Shown: positions 1 to 13,185 of the stretch, piece after piece
How positions within the stretch are numbered: the stretch's first letter is position 1
Layout of the letters: each line of letters starts with the position of its first letter
Position numbers and translations under genes: made by a program
Notes under the pieces: model-generated
What the model was told of the DNA's origin: nothing
Database searches by the model: none
What the model saw: only the letters and a program-made list of their open reading frames with translations
Source: Felis catus
Lineage: Eukaryota
DNA: 64,000 nt
Direction: 5' to 3'
Assembly (NCBI RefSeq): GCF_018350175.1
Contig: NC_058373.1
Location: forward strand, 109,556,001 to 109,620,000

Positions 1-208
1 CTGATTTTTTTTTCAAAACATGTAACTACCCTCAGTGAATCCATCACTATACCATCAATATACCTATCTCTAGAGTCAGATTATTATGTGTTTAATAGAA
101 AATTGAACTGGGCTCAGAATAAAGGACTTTCTTCAGCCCTTCAGCCTGTGAGTAGCATAACCAGAACTGGGGCACTGTGGGACAGACTGCTTACCCGGTG
201 CGATCTTC

Positions 209-430
209 TTTTTTTTTTTTTTTTTTATGTTTATTTATTTTTGAGAGAGAGAGACAGAGCGTGAACAGGGGAGGGGCAGAGAGAGAGAGAGGGACACACA
301 GCATCTGAAGCAGGCTCCAGGCTCTGAGCTGTCAGCACAGAGCCCAACGCGGGGCTCGAACTCACGAGCTGCGCGATCATGAACCGAGTCGAAGTCGGAC
401 GCTCAACCAACTGAGCCACCCAGGCGCCCC
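209..430 (-). mobile_element. CanSINE (SINEC_Fc-like), CpG-rich and relatively young
   Basis: Reverse complement of GGGGCGCCTGGGTGGCTCAGT head, (CT)n and AATAAA/A tail. Imperfect TSD ggtg(c/t)gatcttc. Confidence 0.93.
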
Positions 431-1205
431 CGGGTGTGATCTTCTTAACCTGCTGGGCCTAGAGTTCGCCAATGGTGAGTTGCCATCCTGAGCCATGTTT
501 CCGAAGAGGACTCTTCAACCCTTATTGATTAGACTTGACACATACATAGTTCCATCTGCAATGTCACAAGAGAAGGACAACAAAGAGACACCAAGAGTGC
601 CTTTCTTTCACAATCTCCAATTTCCTCATAGTATAGAGCTGTGCATCCCACCTACCTCCCCATCAGCGTCAGCCTAATAAGAATGACAGTTTATAGTCAC
701 TGAGCACCTACTGTGTACCAGGATCCTTGGAATCTGCTGTGTTCTCACATATGTTATCTCTCAGCCTTACAATAATTCCGTAAATCAGTGATTCTTTTCT
801 CCCTTTTCCTTTGGGAGAAGTAGAGGCTCAGTTGTTTTGTCATCTGCTCCTCTCCAAAGCCTTCGACAGCACTGGGGATGGTAAATAAGCTTGTTTCATC
901 TCTACAACCAAGTGTCAGAAGGTGCTGCCTGGGACACTGTGTCAAGAAGACGTCCGGATGGTCACAGTGCGGAGGGCAGAGGCTCATCACCTTCATCACG
1001 GGTATGGGAAAGGGGAATGACGTCTGGATGCCACTTTTTTGCAATCCTTGCACTAGGCCACACCACTTGCCTCTCTACACGCGGAGCGAGAGGTTGCTCT
1101 GGGATTTTAAAGGCTACGCAAGGCTCTAATACCTACAGACTATCTTGGTGCCATAGTCTGGGCATATGCCACCTTCTCTTCTACCTCTGTTGACACTTAC
1201 ACCGT

Positions 1206-1213
1206 TGACGTCA
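1206..1213. promoter_or_regulatory. Full palindromic CRE (TGACGTCA)
   Basis: Exact CREB/ATF consensus with the CpG retained. Function not demonstrated. Confidence 0.3.
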
Positions 1214-2944
1214 CTCTCTTGAGGTAGAAACAAAGATGTAACTTGATGTCTCCAGGCACAGGCCCTGGAGAGCCTTTTCTTATCTTGCTTTATTGTCATC
1301 TTCATATGGATTCATTGTCACCTTGGAGGATAAGTGACGAGAAACAGCTTCACTGGGGACAAGGAGAGGGGAGAAGGGGCGTAGATGAGCAATCGTCTTG
1401 AGGTCTGGGGAAGCAGGACAACAGAGGAGGAATGAGCTGAGTGCCTGAAGGAGGAGACTAAGCAACCGAGGCCTGGCCCATGGAGACAGCCCCAAACGGG
1501 GAGTGTCTGGGGGTGGGCAGTGTATGCAGGAGATGAAGACATTACGAGAGCCTGGCGACTCTCTTCCCTGGCTCAGGCATGCTGCCTCTCAGTGGTACAG
1601 CTTCCTAGCTGGCTTGGGCAGGTCCCTTCCCTCAGCCTTAATTTCCTCATCTGTAACGTGATGGGGTTGAACCCTATGACTCATAAGGTCCTTCCTAACG
1701 CCAAGGTAACACCTAACACTAATTTAAAGTGTTCTGTGAACAGAACAAGCTGAGGGCAAGTCAGACGGAAAACCCAAAGGGTCCTATTACAATAAAGTCG
1801 TCCAGATTTGTGCACAAATCTTGACTCTGACGCTTGCCAACTTGTGATCTTGGACAAGTCTCGTCACCCCCAGGGTCTCAGCCCTCAACAAAACAGAAAA
1901 TGCCTCCTTCAGAGGCTTCATGTGACGATTCTACAAAATGACACCTATAAATTGCTCATCTCAGTGCTTTTCACATGATAAGCAGGCGACAAATGTTGCT
2001 TCTCTTTCTTTCCCGTCATTGTGTGTACTTCTAAGAAATAAGAAGCTGCCAATAAGAAATTATACGACGCCAATCGTTGTTACACATACCCTGACCTCAA
2101 AGGTACTAAATGTGGAAAAAAGGAAAAAAGTGTGAGTCTGAGAATAGAAAAACAGTCGTTGGGGACTATCAGAGCCCACCAGCGTCTGAAACCAGGAGAC
2201 ATGGGGTGGCACCAAAATTGCTTCCCCGGCCAGCCTATGGTGTTTTGATGTGACGCTAAAATTAACAACACATTTTTCAGTAGGAAAAAAGTCTGCAGGG
2301 TAAGATTTAGTTTCTTAAGGTCCAAATCTCACACTTTGGGGGTACACTCTTTTTACCATGTTTCTAAAATTCAGTATATGGATAAATCTTCATAAAGTCT
2401 CCCAAACCATTTCAGTTCTGACCAGGAACAGAGTCAAATTAGCCAAGTCATCCAACGTGTACTGAATACCCACTCTGTTCCACAGCTACTCAGTGAGGGC
2501 CCACAGGAACAGAGTTGTTGGCTGTATAACTTCCGATGATCTCTTAAGAGTTGAGATGTGCGTGCTCTGATACGTTTTTCCTCATTGTCCTCTCAGAATA
2601 CACAATGCCCTAACCAAGGGTCAGATCGATTAGCATTATGCCTCCTGTGGATGAATTAAAAAGCCACAAATGAAGCTATGTGTTTCAAGGAATTAATAGA
2701 ATTAATGATTTTCTGCAAACAGATACAAGAGAGGCCAGCCTTAGATTTTACAAAGTTGTATGTTGCTTTTAGTGTCCCTTATTCAGAGGGGGAAAAGTCT
2801 GGGTTTATAAATGAAGACAAATGGTGACGTCTTGGAAGAAATTAATTTTATTGAAAAGATATTTCTTCCTTTCAAAGTACTGGGTATTTGGGACAGCTCC
2901 TCTTTTTATTGACTTAGATAATATTTGCCCTAGATGATGGTGCA

Positions 2945-2958
2945 GTTGCTATGGTAAC
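2945..2958. promoter_or_regulatory. RFX X-box (GTTGCTATGGTAAC)
   Basis: 14-bp match to the RFX consensus GTTRCYATGGYAAC in a repeat-free stretch. Confidence 0.45.
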
Positions 2959-3849
2959 TTTTTTTTTAACGAGACTAAAAATAATGAAGCCTGTGTCTGA
3001 TTTACTAGGACAAGTCAAGCCTTTCTCCACAACTGTCTGAAAGAAGTAGCTGTCAGTTGTCACAGATTTATTTCAGATTAAGGGGCACATGGTTTAGGCG
3101 CTGAAGTGGAATGTTTTTATTTCCGCCTGACTCTTCCACTTTTGAAGGTCATAGCTTTGCCTGGCATGGCAGACACATGCCTAATAGAGAGGAACGGAGA
3201 AGAGCTTAATGAGTCACAAAGAAGCATTCTTTATTTCAAGTGCATCCTGTATTCTCATTGGAACGAGTCCACAAAGCTGCTGGGTCCCCAAATCCTGCAT
3301 TTGTAATTTCCTAGGCAGTTGCACAGACAAGGCCAAGGCTGTTGCTAGCTCAGCTTCGAAGCAACAGCACCTCATTTGTTAGTTGTTGGCTTGGTTCCAG
3401 AAAAAGATCCCTAGGATATGGCCCCAGAGTGTGCGCGTGTGCCTTTGTGTGCCCATGCTTGGGCTTGAGTGACGGAGCAGGGCAAAGGGAGGATGGGGCC
3501 AGAGAAGAGAAGAGCTGCTCTACTCTCTAGAATATTCATTGCATAATTTAGCACATAGTAAGCAACTACTCTGTGCTGGGCACTATCCAGCCCTGGAGCT
3601 ACCGGACTCATTAAAAAAAAAAAAAATGATGTTGGGAGGTCTGGAAGTGGAATAGCTAACAACTTAAGGGAAGGATAGATTTCTCTCCTCCTTCCCTTTC
3701 TTTATCTTTTCTTTCTTCCTTTCTTCTGCCCTTCCATATTTTTTATTGAATATCACCATATGTCACACAAATGCTGAGTATATGTGATGCAAATCCAAAT
3801 GGAGCTAAGAACCTGTCCTCAAGAGTCAATACTCCAGTGAAAATTATAA

Positions 3850-4930
3850 ATAAACCAACATACAGATGACCCAGAAATTGCTCTCTTGGGCATTTATCCC
3901 AGAGAAATGGAGATTTATCTTCACACAGAAATCTGTACAAATGTTCGCAGCAACTTTCTCCATGATATCTGCAAACTGGAAACAACTCAGGTGTCCTTCA
4001 GCGGTGAGTAGTTAAATGAACTGTGGCACGTCCATTCCACAGGATACCGCTCGACACTAAAGGGAACAAACACATGACAGCTTGCATGAATCTCTGGAAA
4101 ATCAAGCTGAGCAAAAAGAAGTCAATCCCAAAAACTTCCATATTGTATAATTCCATTTACATAACATTCTGGAAATCACAAAATTATAGAAATGGGGAAG
4201 AGACTAATGGTTTCCAGGAGACTCAGGGAAGGGGGGAAGTGCGTGTCGTTACAAAGGGTCAACATGTAGGATTTTTCTGATGATGGAAATGTTCTATCTC
4301 CTGACTGTGGTCCGTGGATAGAAGACCAAAACGTAACAAAGTTGCAGAGAACGAAATATACACATATACACAAACACAAGTAAAACTGGTCAAGTCTAAA
4401 TAAGGTGGATGACTATGTCAATGTCAATACCCTGGTTGTGATATTGTACTCCAGTTTTAAGTATAAAACACCTTGCAGGAAACTGAATAAAAGGTGCGCA
4501 GAATTTCTCTGTATCATGTCTTACAACCGCATATGAATCTACAATGATCTCAAAACCAAAGTTTGATTGAAAAATAAATAAAATAAATACAAATAAATCA
4601 ACATTTCATTTAGGGGGTAGGCAAAATGGGTGACGGTGGTCAACAGGTATAAACTTCCAGTTATAAGATAAATAAGTCCTGGGGATGCACTCTCCAGCAT
4701 AGTGACTATAGTTAACAATACTGTATCGTATCGTCGAAAGTTGCTAACAGAGTAGACCTTAAAAGTTCTCATCACAAGAAAAAAATGTGTTACTATGTGT
4801 GGTGATGGATGTTAACAAAATTTAATGTGGTAATCATTTTATAATATATACATACATCAAATCATTATATTATATACCTAAAACGAATACAATGCTATAT
4901 CAATTATATATCAATTTTTTAATGAAAAAA
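3850..4930 (+). mobile_element. Two adjacent old L1 3'-end fragments (L1M-type)
   Basis: L1 3' motifs (ctcttgggcatttatcccagagaaatg; aaacttccagttataagataaataagtc; ctatatcaattatatatcaat) with A-rich ends at ~4575 and ~4930. Confidence 0.8.
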
Positions 4931-5019
4931 ATAATTACTCTGCATTAAGAAAAGCAAAACAATGAAGTTCATTTTTAAGTATTACTGTCAAGAAATTGAA
5001 TTAAAACAACTAGAGGCAA

Positions 5020-5231
5020 GGGCACCTGGGTGGCTCAGTCGGTTAAGCGTCTGCCTTCAGCTCAGGTCATGATCTCACTGTTCATGAGTTTGAGCCCCGC
5101 ATCAGGCATCAGACTTTGTGCTGACAGCTCAGGGCCTGGAGCCTGCTTCAGATTCTGTGTCTCCCTCTCTCTCTGCCCATCCCCTGCGTGCTGTCTCTCT
5201 CTCTCTCTCTCAAAAATAAACATTTAAAAAA
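5020..5231 (+). mobile_element. CanSINE
   Basis: ggcacctgggtggctcagtcggttaagc head, CT tract and aaaataaa tail. Confidence 0.92.
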
Positions 5232-5406
5232 GAATTAAAAACAAATAGGAGCCAAGTCTGTGTTTTAGAAAGATCCCATGGGCTTAGTGAAGAGATAGAC
5301 TGGAGTTGAGACACTGGCTGGGGAGGCTGCTGTGGTGATCCAGGTGAGTAGTTTGTTCACAACTTCAAATGTTGGAAGTCCTTTGGGTTAAGTCCTATAT
5401 GCAAGG

Positions 5407-5670
5407 CAGGGGTGTCCACTAAAGTGCCAGAAATAAGATTGTATTTAACCCAATATCCAAAATTTCTACATTTCAACATGTAATCAATATCAACCATCAC
5501 TAATGGAATATTGTACACTCTTTTTACATCCTTTTTTTCTTATACGAAGACTTTGGAGTCTGATTTGTACTGATACATACTGGCTGCACATCTCAGTTCA
5601 CATCTGTCACATTTCAAGTGCTCAAAAACTTCCTGTAGTGGCTCCCATGTTGGACAGCACAAGTCTAAAC
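5407..5670. mobile_element. hAT-Charlie MITE remnant (MER3/MER33-like)
   Basis: Ends gtgtcca.../...ttggacagcaca and internal tttaacccaatatcc..atttcaacatgtaatcaatat motifs. Confidence 0.55.
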
Positions 5671-5884
5671 CACAGACGTGCTACACGGTGGCAAGGAGTA
5701 ATTATCTGAACTCTTAGACTCTTTCCATGTGTCACATCTATTACTTCTCAAGACAACGATAATCCTATGAAGTATTTCTATCTACTCTTTATGAGGAACA
5801 AACTGAGGTCAAAAGAAGTTAAAAAAAAAAAAGTGACCATGGCCTTCCAGGTACTCAGTGATGGAGCTAAGATTCAAGTTCGCT

Positions 5885-6063
5885 GGGGTACCTGGGTGGC
5901 ACTGTCGGTTAAGCGTCTGTCCCTTGATCTCTGCTCAGGTCATGATCTCACAGTTCACTGATGGTGCGGAGTCTGTTTGGGATTCTGTCTCTCCTTCTCT
6001 CTGCTCCTCCCTGGCTTGTGCTCACTCTCTCTCAAAGTAAATAAACTTAAAAAAATTTTTTTT
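5885..6063 (+). mobile_element. CanSINE (internally deleted), inside a MIR remnant
   Basis: SINE head and tail present. TSD-like aagattcaa on both sides. Confidence 0.88.
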
Positions 6064-8196
6064 GAAGATTCAAACTCAGCTGAGTTTTACTATATCCAGC
6101 TGCTTTAGCCACATTGTTATGCTGTTCCAGTGAGAAACCTTCTTACAGTGAGGGGATCCTTAGCTCAATCTTCTAGAAATATCTGAACTCTCACCAGCTA
6201 AGCCTGTGTGGCTGATGCATGTGAAATTTCAAAACTTAAAGCAGTAAAGAGTATATTAAAAAAAAAGATGATGGGGGAGTGAAATTTATCAAAATGCTTA
6301 TTTTTTCAGATTTCTGATCTGCTGGGCCTAATTACATGATTTGAGTCTCAGTATTTTCTTACCTAACATTGCTGAAGAGCCTACATCAAAATAAATCACA
6401 GAGAGATATCTCTCCGAAGTAGAGACGGCCCTGACATTTATTGAATGATGAAGCCACGATGGTAATCAGGTCCAGAGAAGGGAAACTTGTATAATCGAGG
6501 GGATAGAGGAATTTCATAATAAATAGGTTTGGGCGGGGGGGTAATCAGCAGATTTTTAAGAGCTGAGCAAAGCAAAACTCTCAAACCCATGATTCTAAGT
6601 TAACAAGTCATGGGTAAAAAGCAAACTAGTCCCAGAGCATAAAGCTTAAACGGACTGAATATTAATAACCATTTAATACTATTCCTTGGTTTCCTCACTA
6701 TCTACATGACCTCTTTATCAGGATGTCACAGAAACGAACACTCCAACCTCATTATGTCCCAAACAAAGTTGTTTGGGTGTTTTTTTCTCCAGGTTCTTTC
6801 CACCCCCCACCCTTCATCTGGCATTTTCCATCTCTGGAATGAAACCCCTCGAGATTCTTTCGAGGCTCTTCCCTGTCCCAAACCCTGCCACTCCCCACCA
6901 CATACAACCACAGGATTCTGTCAGTACTGTTAGCTTGCCTCCAACCCTTACTAGATGCTCAGCTACAAGCACCTACTCTAACTCTCAGGTCCGCTCCTGC
7001 ATCGGCAACGCTTGCACACAGTAGGCAATAAACACTGAAGTAAATGAGTAAATGGCTGAATGATTGTGGAAAATGCCAGATGCCACTTCTTCCCACTTTC
7101 CCCCAACTCAAAACTTTACCAGTCTCCGTGAAAGTTTGGCAAATATTTCCAGAACAGCAAATGGTCAATCCAACAAGAGTTGCCTTCCCATATGTAAATA
7201 AGAAGGCAGTGGGTCAGTGCACATCTCCCCCACCATCTTCTTTCTGATCCCAGGACACTAACCCTGGTGGCTTCCACCCCCACCCCACCCCCTGCCACCT
7301 GCTCCCATGTTGATAGATTCCTCCATGTGAGTGGTCAGGCAGGGCATACATATGCTTCTTGGCACTTCTTGGCACCTCGGTCTGGTTGGTTGGGTTTCAT
7401 GACTCACTTCAATTACTTGGAAGCGAAAAAACAGTTCCCCTTTCTGCAGCGTGGAATATCTCATCAAAGAAATGTGGGGAGTATGGAAATTAGATTTGAC
7501 GGGCAGCCAGCTCTCTGCTTCCCTACTTCTGCTCTTCCATAGCTCTCTTTGAAAAAAGGAGTTCAGGCTTTTCTGACAGCCTGATGGGCAATGACATAAT
7601 TTTAATAATCCTCTCCTCTTTGGGCAAAATTAAAGAAAAAGACTTCACAATGAAATGACTGTGCCTCAAAGATGGAGTCGCTAGATTCATCCTTTTGGCA
7701 TTGTTCATGTCCAGCGCTCTGGAAACAAGATGCGTATTTCAGGCATGCCTAACACTGTCGTTAATGCTTCACTTTCTGAACTGCCTTGAAGGTTGATGAG
7801 GCCTAAGGCAGACTGAGCCAGAAGCGTGAAGCTTTAAGAAGTACTGTCAGAATCCACACACACATACACACATACACACATACACCCAATTCAGTTCTGT
7901 TCCTCACGTAAAATTATGGATCTAATTCCTCAACTTAAAGAATTACAAAGCCTTTTTATTTTTGGACTCTAGTCTAATCTTTGTCTTCCAATGCTATGAT
8001 CAGGGTTTGTTGGGGAGAGGGGGTGCTCATCTCCCATTCCCACTTTCCCATAGTGGGCAAGAGAGAAGAGTATGCCTAGAACACTTCAGGCTCCCTCTCT
8101 CTACTCCACACTCCCGCCATGAATCTCTTATCTGATCAGTTGGTGTGACTGGGGAATAAACATGGTGACTCAACACCCTGGACATTCCAAGTTCAG

Positions 8197-8715
8197 GTAG
8201 ATTTACCAGTTAGGATGGTTTGGGCTGCAAGTAACAAGTACAAACCATTGAAGGTGGCATAAACATACTTAAGTTTAAGGAAGAAGAAGTCCAGAATCAG
8301 GGGGAAGGGATTGGTGTGGCTGCCCAACAATGTCATCAAGGACCCAGGTGTTTCGCATTTTTCTGATCTGCCATCTGAGCATGTTGACATGCCTCCCCTT
8401 ATGACCTGCTCCATCTCCAAACTGAGTGCCCTTAGGTAACAGTGTCCAAAGACAAAAAATAATAATAATAATAAATAAAGGAAATAAGGAGAGGAAAGTA
8501 CCTGTCACAAGCATTTCTCTTTTAAGAGGAAAGGCCTTACAGAAGTTTCCTGTTGATTTCCTCTTTAATCACATTGGCCAGAATCAGGACACATAATCAT
8601 AGCTATAAGGAGGTCTGGGAACGGAAGTGCTTTCGGCATCTACGTGGAAACCCAGCTCTGCTGGCAAAGGAGAAAAGTAAGGAATATTTGTAGCGTAAAT
8701 CATCACCAGTGCCTG
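8197..8715 (-). mobile_element. Old MaLR (MLT1-type) LTR
   Basis: Motifs ttaggatggtttgggctgcaagtaac and cattggccagaatcaggacacat..ctataagg. Confidence 0.55.
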
Positions 8716-10146
8716 TCAAATGTATTGATATTCAGAGCTAAGGCCATTTGCCTACATATCAAGTTGTATTCTCCAATTTAAATTCATTCGGTAAGAAAGC
8801 CAATATTTTTACCTCCTCCTGTCAGATTCCTGTGTCTTATTTTTCTATTACTTCCAAGCTCAGAGCAAGGAGAGGGTCATGGTTACTTATCACCCCCAAA
8901 CCCTAACGCGACTGCCAGAAGCATTGTTGACTCTGGGAAAATCAACCACCACCATCCCTTTGGACCTCAGCTTCTTGATCTGGAAAGCAAGGAGGTTAGA
9001 TGAGCGCATCTCCAAAGCCCCTTCCAGCCCTGAAAGTCTCTGGTTCTAAGCCTGTGCATTAGATGTCTCCAAGCAGTGAATTAAATCATAAGTAGCCTAA
9101 GAAATATTATGAAAAGAAGAAATTTGACTCACATTGACTCACATTAGCCTTAGGGAATGAAAACTTGTAAATAATGATGAACTTTAAAGCCAGTGTCAGT
9201 TTAATAATAAAAAGAACTTGTGACCATGCCCCAGGCATGGTACTGAGAGTTGCCATGTAATGGGTTTACAAGAGTTTAGGAAAATCACTGCTCCTTTGAA
9301 AGGGGCGCCTCGTAGGGCAAACAGAATGACAAGGCACTAAAAATGGATCTCTCCTCATCTCTGTATCAGAATAACCTCCAGTGTCTGCAGGGTAGAGCCC
9401 CAAAACCCTGACAAGTTTTATAAAAGGTCCTTTCCAGCCTATCACCATTCTACATCCACACATACCCAATACAAATAAAAACAGCTAATATTTTAGAAGT
9501 CTTACTCCGGCTCAATATATACAAAGCACCTTACATTTCATTGTCTCTTTTAACCCTTACCACAAGAATATTGTTATTGTTAGATCATCTTCATTTTACA
9601 TATGAATGAACTGCGTACCCAAGGTCGCAGAGCTGAAGGTGGTCGAGCCAGAATTTGAATGTAGGCAGCCTGTGTCCAGAGCCCATGCCCTTAACCATTG
9701 TTATATTTCTCTGACCGTATTTAAATATTTCTTTAAATTTTTGTTTACGTTTCTATTTCTACCACTAATACATAAGAGCCATTTTCTCTTCATTCCCTAG
9801 TTTTATATCTGACAGCTAGTAGATGCTACCATAAATATTGAAAGAATGCATGCATGAATGAATGACTTCCTGGGCAGACTTTTCAGTCTTCTGCAAACAC
9901 ACTCTATTATACCACCTTGACCTAGCTTATATGGCTCCTTCTGTCCAGCAGACTCCTACTCTTCCTTCAGGAATATCTTGAAATGTCATACCCTTGCTGT
10001 GTACTTCCCATTCATCTTCCAAAGAGAAAAACAGATTGGAAAACAAGTCACATAAGAAGGAATTAGAATCAGAGTGGCACATGACTTACTTATTAACCAG
10101 GGTCAACTACAACAGCTCCCAAGTCTCAATGACTCACAATAAAATG

Positions 10147-10643
10147 AGGTACAAACTTCCAGGTATAAAATAAATAAGTCTCAGGAAGCCTGGGTGGCTC
10201 AGTCGGTTAAGGATCCGACTTCAACCAAGGTCATGATCTCACAGTTCGTGGGTTCAAGCCCCACGTCGGGCTCTGTGCTGACAGCTCAGAGCCTGGAGCC
10301 TACTTCAGATTCTGTGTCTCCCTTTCTCTCTCTGTCTCTCTCTCTCTCTCTGCCCTTCCCCAGCTCATGCTCTGTCTCTCTCTGTCTCTCAAAAATAAAT
10401 AAATGTTTAAAAAAAAAAGTTAAAAAGATAAATAAGTAAGTCTTGGAAATGAGAAGTATAGCATAGGCAACGTAGTCAACAGTACTATAATAACATTGTA
10501 TGATGACAGATGGTGACTATACTTACATCACAGTGAGCATTAAATAATGATAGAACTATTGAATCACTATGTTGTATGCCTGAAACTAATATAACGTTGT
10601 AGGTTAACTATACTTCAATCAATCAATCAATCAATCAATCAAT
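10147..10643 (+). mobile_element. Carnivore L1 3' end with a nested CanSINE (10183-10430) and a (TCAA)n tail
   Basis: aggtacaaacttccagg..aaataagtc interrupted by the SINE (aaataagt duplicated), resuming to gttaactatacttcaatc. (tcaa)n at 10616-10643. Confidence 0.85.
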
Positions 10644-11059
10644 ATCACAGCAGAAGCAGAGGGCAGGGTTCTTCAATCATAAAGGGGCAGAGAACCCATC
10701 TTCTGATGTCACCATCTTCATGATGTGGCTTACAGAACCCCCTGCAAGGGGAAGAGAGAGCGAGCAAGACTGTGCAAACCTGAAGTGGGTATTTGTCAAA
10801 TACTTTCTAAGTATTTGTCACCTATCAATCTTACCTGTCTTATTCCATAATTCATCTGTTTGGGTTTTTTTTATTAAGTTAGGCAACAATTGTCCATTTC
10901 TTGGCTCTCTTGATGCCATCCATACTTCCAGAAGTTAACTAACAATGGTTCTAGTGTCAGCTCTAGAAGACTGATTTGAATATTATTTACTTGTTCCTAA
11001 ATACTTGACCACACTTTTGAATGTGTGGGGTATCAGCCGCCTCTTCAACAACATTCACC

Positions 11060-12070
11060 CTGCAATCATCTATTGAACATCATTCTAGGTATGGGTGCAT
11101 AGAAATGAAAAATATAGTCAGAGTTATTGTATTGAGGAACTCTTAGTCTAAAGGAATACCCTGAAAATTAATCCAATAATTTCATCAGTGATAAGGCTTT
11201 GGTAGACATGAAGACTATGGGTTAAGAAAGACACTTGAGGCATCCTCAAGGAGGAAGGAAGGGCTTCCTGGGATGAAGCATCCTTTGAGCTTGTGAGCAC
11301 GTGAAGGACTTAGGAGTGAACATGTTGAGAGAAAGGAAAGGGACATTCTGGGTAAAGGAAAGAGTATGAAAAAGTTCAGAAGTTAGAACTCAGAAGGGTC
11401 AGGGAATGAAAAGTCATTTGGGCATAGGAAGGAGTGATGGGAGATGGAGGGCACATTCAGAGAAGAGCAAGGATATGTTCTGCTGGGCAGACATTGGAGG
11501 ATTTTGTTCAGGGGATTGATGTGATTAGATAGGAGTTTCCAATAGATCTTGCTGACCCAGAGAACTTAAGTGGGTATGTGTAAGGGAAGGAGGGAGAGAT
11601 TAGAGAAAGCAGACCCTGAGAAGACATGAGACCACTGAGGTAATGAGGGAAGATATCCTGAGAGTGTGGACTAAGACATGGAAGTGTGGATAAAAGAGAA
11701 GAGAGAGCAATTGAAATCTATTTGGGAGGTTAACCCAACCAGATCTATTTATAAAGGATGAAGTAGGGGAGGCATCTCAGACGGCACAAGTGTCTGACTT
11801 TGCTGGGTCAGTAGGGGGTGGTACCACTGGCCAGCAGGGGACTCTGTTCCCACAGAGGTTTGGGGTCACATGAATTCACTTGGTCTTGATTTTGAAATAT
11901 CCCCCAGACTTTTGAGTAGAGATGTCTACTCACAGGTAAACACGGAGATCTGCCATCCAGAGAAAAGTCTAGGCAAGACAGAAAACATTTGAGTGATCTG
12001 CACACAGGGGTGGTGAAAGCCCTTGGGGATGAATGAGATCTCCCAGGAAAGACGTGTAGTAAAGAAAAGG
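11060..12070 (-). mobile_element. L2 remnant
   Basis: Purine-rich degenerate L2 motifs (tattgaacatc..ctaggt; gagatctgccatccagagaaaagtctagg). Confidence 0.55.
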
Positions 12071-12404
12071 GACAAGAAGTCAAATAAGGAGGCTCATGGC
12101 TCACTTGGACCAAAGTGCTTATCTCCTCAGGATTCCCATAGCACCTTGACCTAACTTCCTTCATTTTTATGTCCACGTACTGTTTTTCCCTGAATTAGGC
12201 ACAATCAACTTGAAGGTAGGGACAAACTTTTATTTGATTTAGAATCCCTAGGGTTAAGTACACAACAACATATTCAATAAATGTTTATTAAACATGATTG
12301 TATATAGTTCCATATAGTTTATGGAAGAGACAAAAAATAGCAAGTCTGGTATGCTTCAAATTCAGGAAAACATGAGGCTTTAGCATGTCATTCAAAATGA
12401 ATTT

Positions 12405-12833
12405 TTTTAAAGATTATTTATGTATTTTGAGATAAAGAAAGAGAGAGCACACGCACACATGCATGGGACACAGAGAGACAGACAGAGACAGAGACAGAAT
12501 CCCAAGCAGGCTCTGCACAATCAGTGCAGAGCCCAATGTGGGGCTCAAACTCACGAACCACGATATCATAACCTGAGCTAAAATCAAGAGTCAGATGCTT
12601 AACTGACTGATCCACTTAACCAACTGATTTTTTTTAATGTTTACTTATTTTTGAGAGAGAGACAGAGTGTGAGCAGGGGAGGGGCAGAGATAGAGGGAGA
12701 CAGAATCTGAAGCAGGTTCCACGCTCTGAGCTGTCAGCACAGAGCCCGACATGGGGCTCGAACTCAACGAACCCCAAGATCGTGACCTGAGCCAAAGTCA
12801 AACGCTTAACCTATTGAGCCACCCAAGCGTCCC
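12405..12833 (-). mobile_element. Two tandem CanSINEs (12405-12615 and 12630-12833)
   Basis: Two successive reverse SINE bodies. ccaactga(t/a)tttt flanks the second. Confidence 0.9.
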
Positions 12834-12990
12834 AGCCAACTGAATTTTAATCTAAGAACACACCTCTACTCTCTGCCCCTCATTCTCTTTACCCACTTCA
12901 GAACAAAAATGTGGTTCTATTCTCTACCATTTGCTTCCTTTCCTCACCCTTTTTCTGGCTTCCCTGAGCTCACTTTTAAAACTAAATTTA

Positions 12991-13185
12991 GGGGTGCCTA
13001 GGTAACTCAGTTGGTTAAGTGTCCAACTTCAGCTCAAGTCATGATCTCTCAGTTCGTGAGTTTGAGCCCTGCATCAGGCCCTGTGCCAACAGCTCAGAGC
13101 CTGGAGCCTGCTTCGGATTCTGTGTCTCCCTCTCTCTCTGCCCCTCACGCTCTGTCTCTCACAAATGAATAAACATTAAACATTT
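12991..13185 (+). mobile_element. CanSINE
   Basis: SINE head and tail. TSD aaactaaattta on both sides. Confidence 0.92.

Noticed and set aside
1..3500. GPHB5 exons expected from recalled synteny
   Set aside because: No cystine-knot coding sequence (e.g. CAVREFTF..GC) was found in any frame, so the gene is not called.
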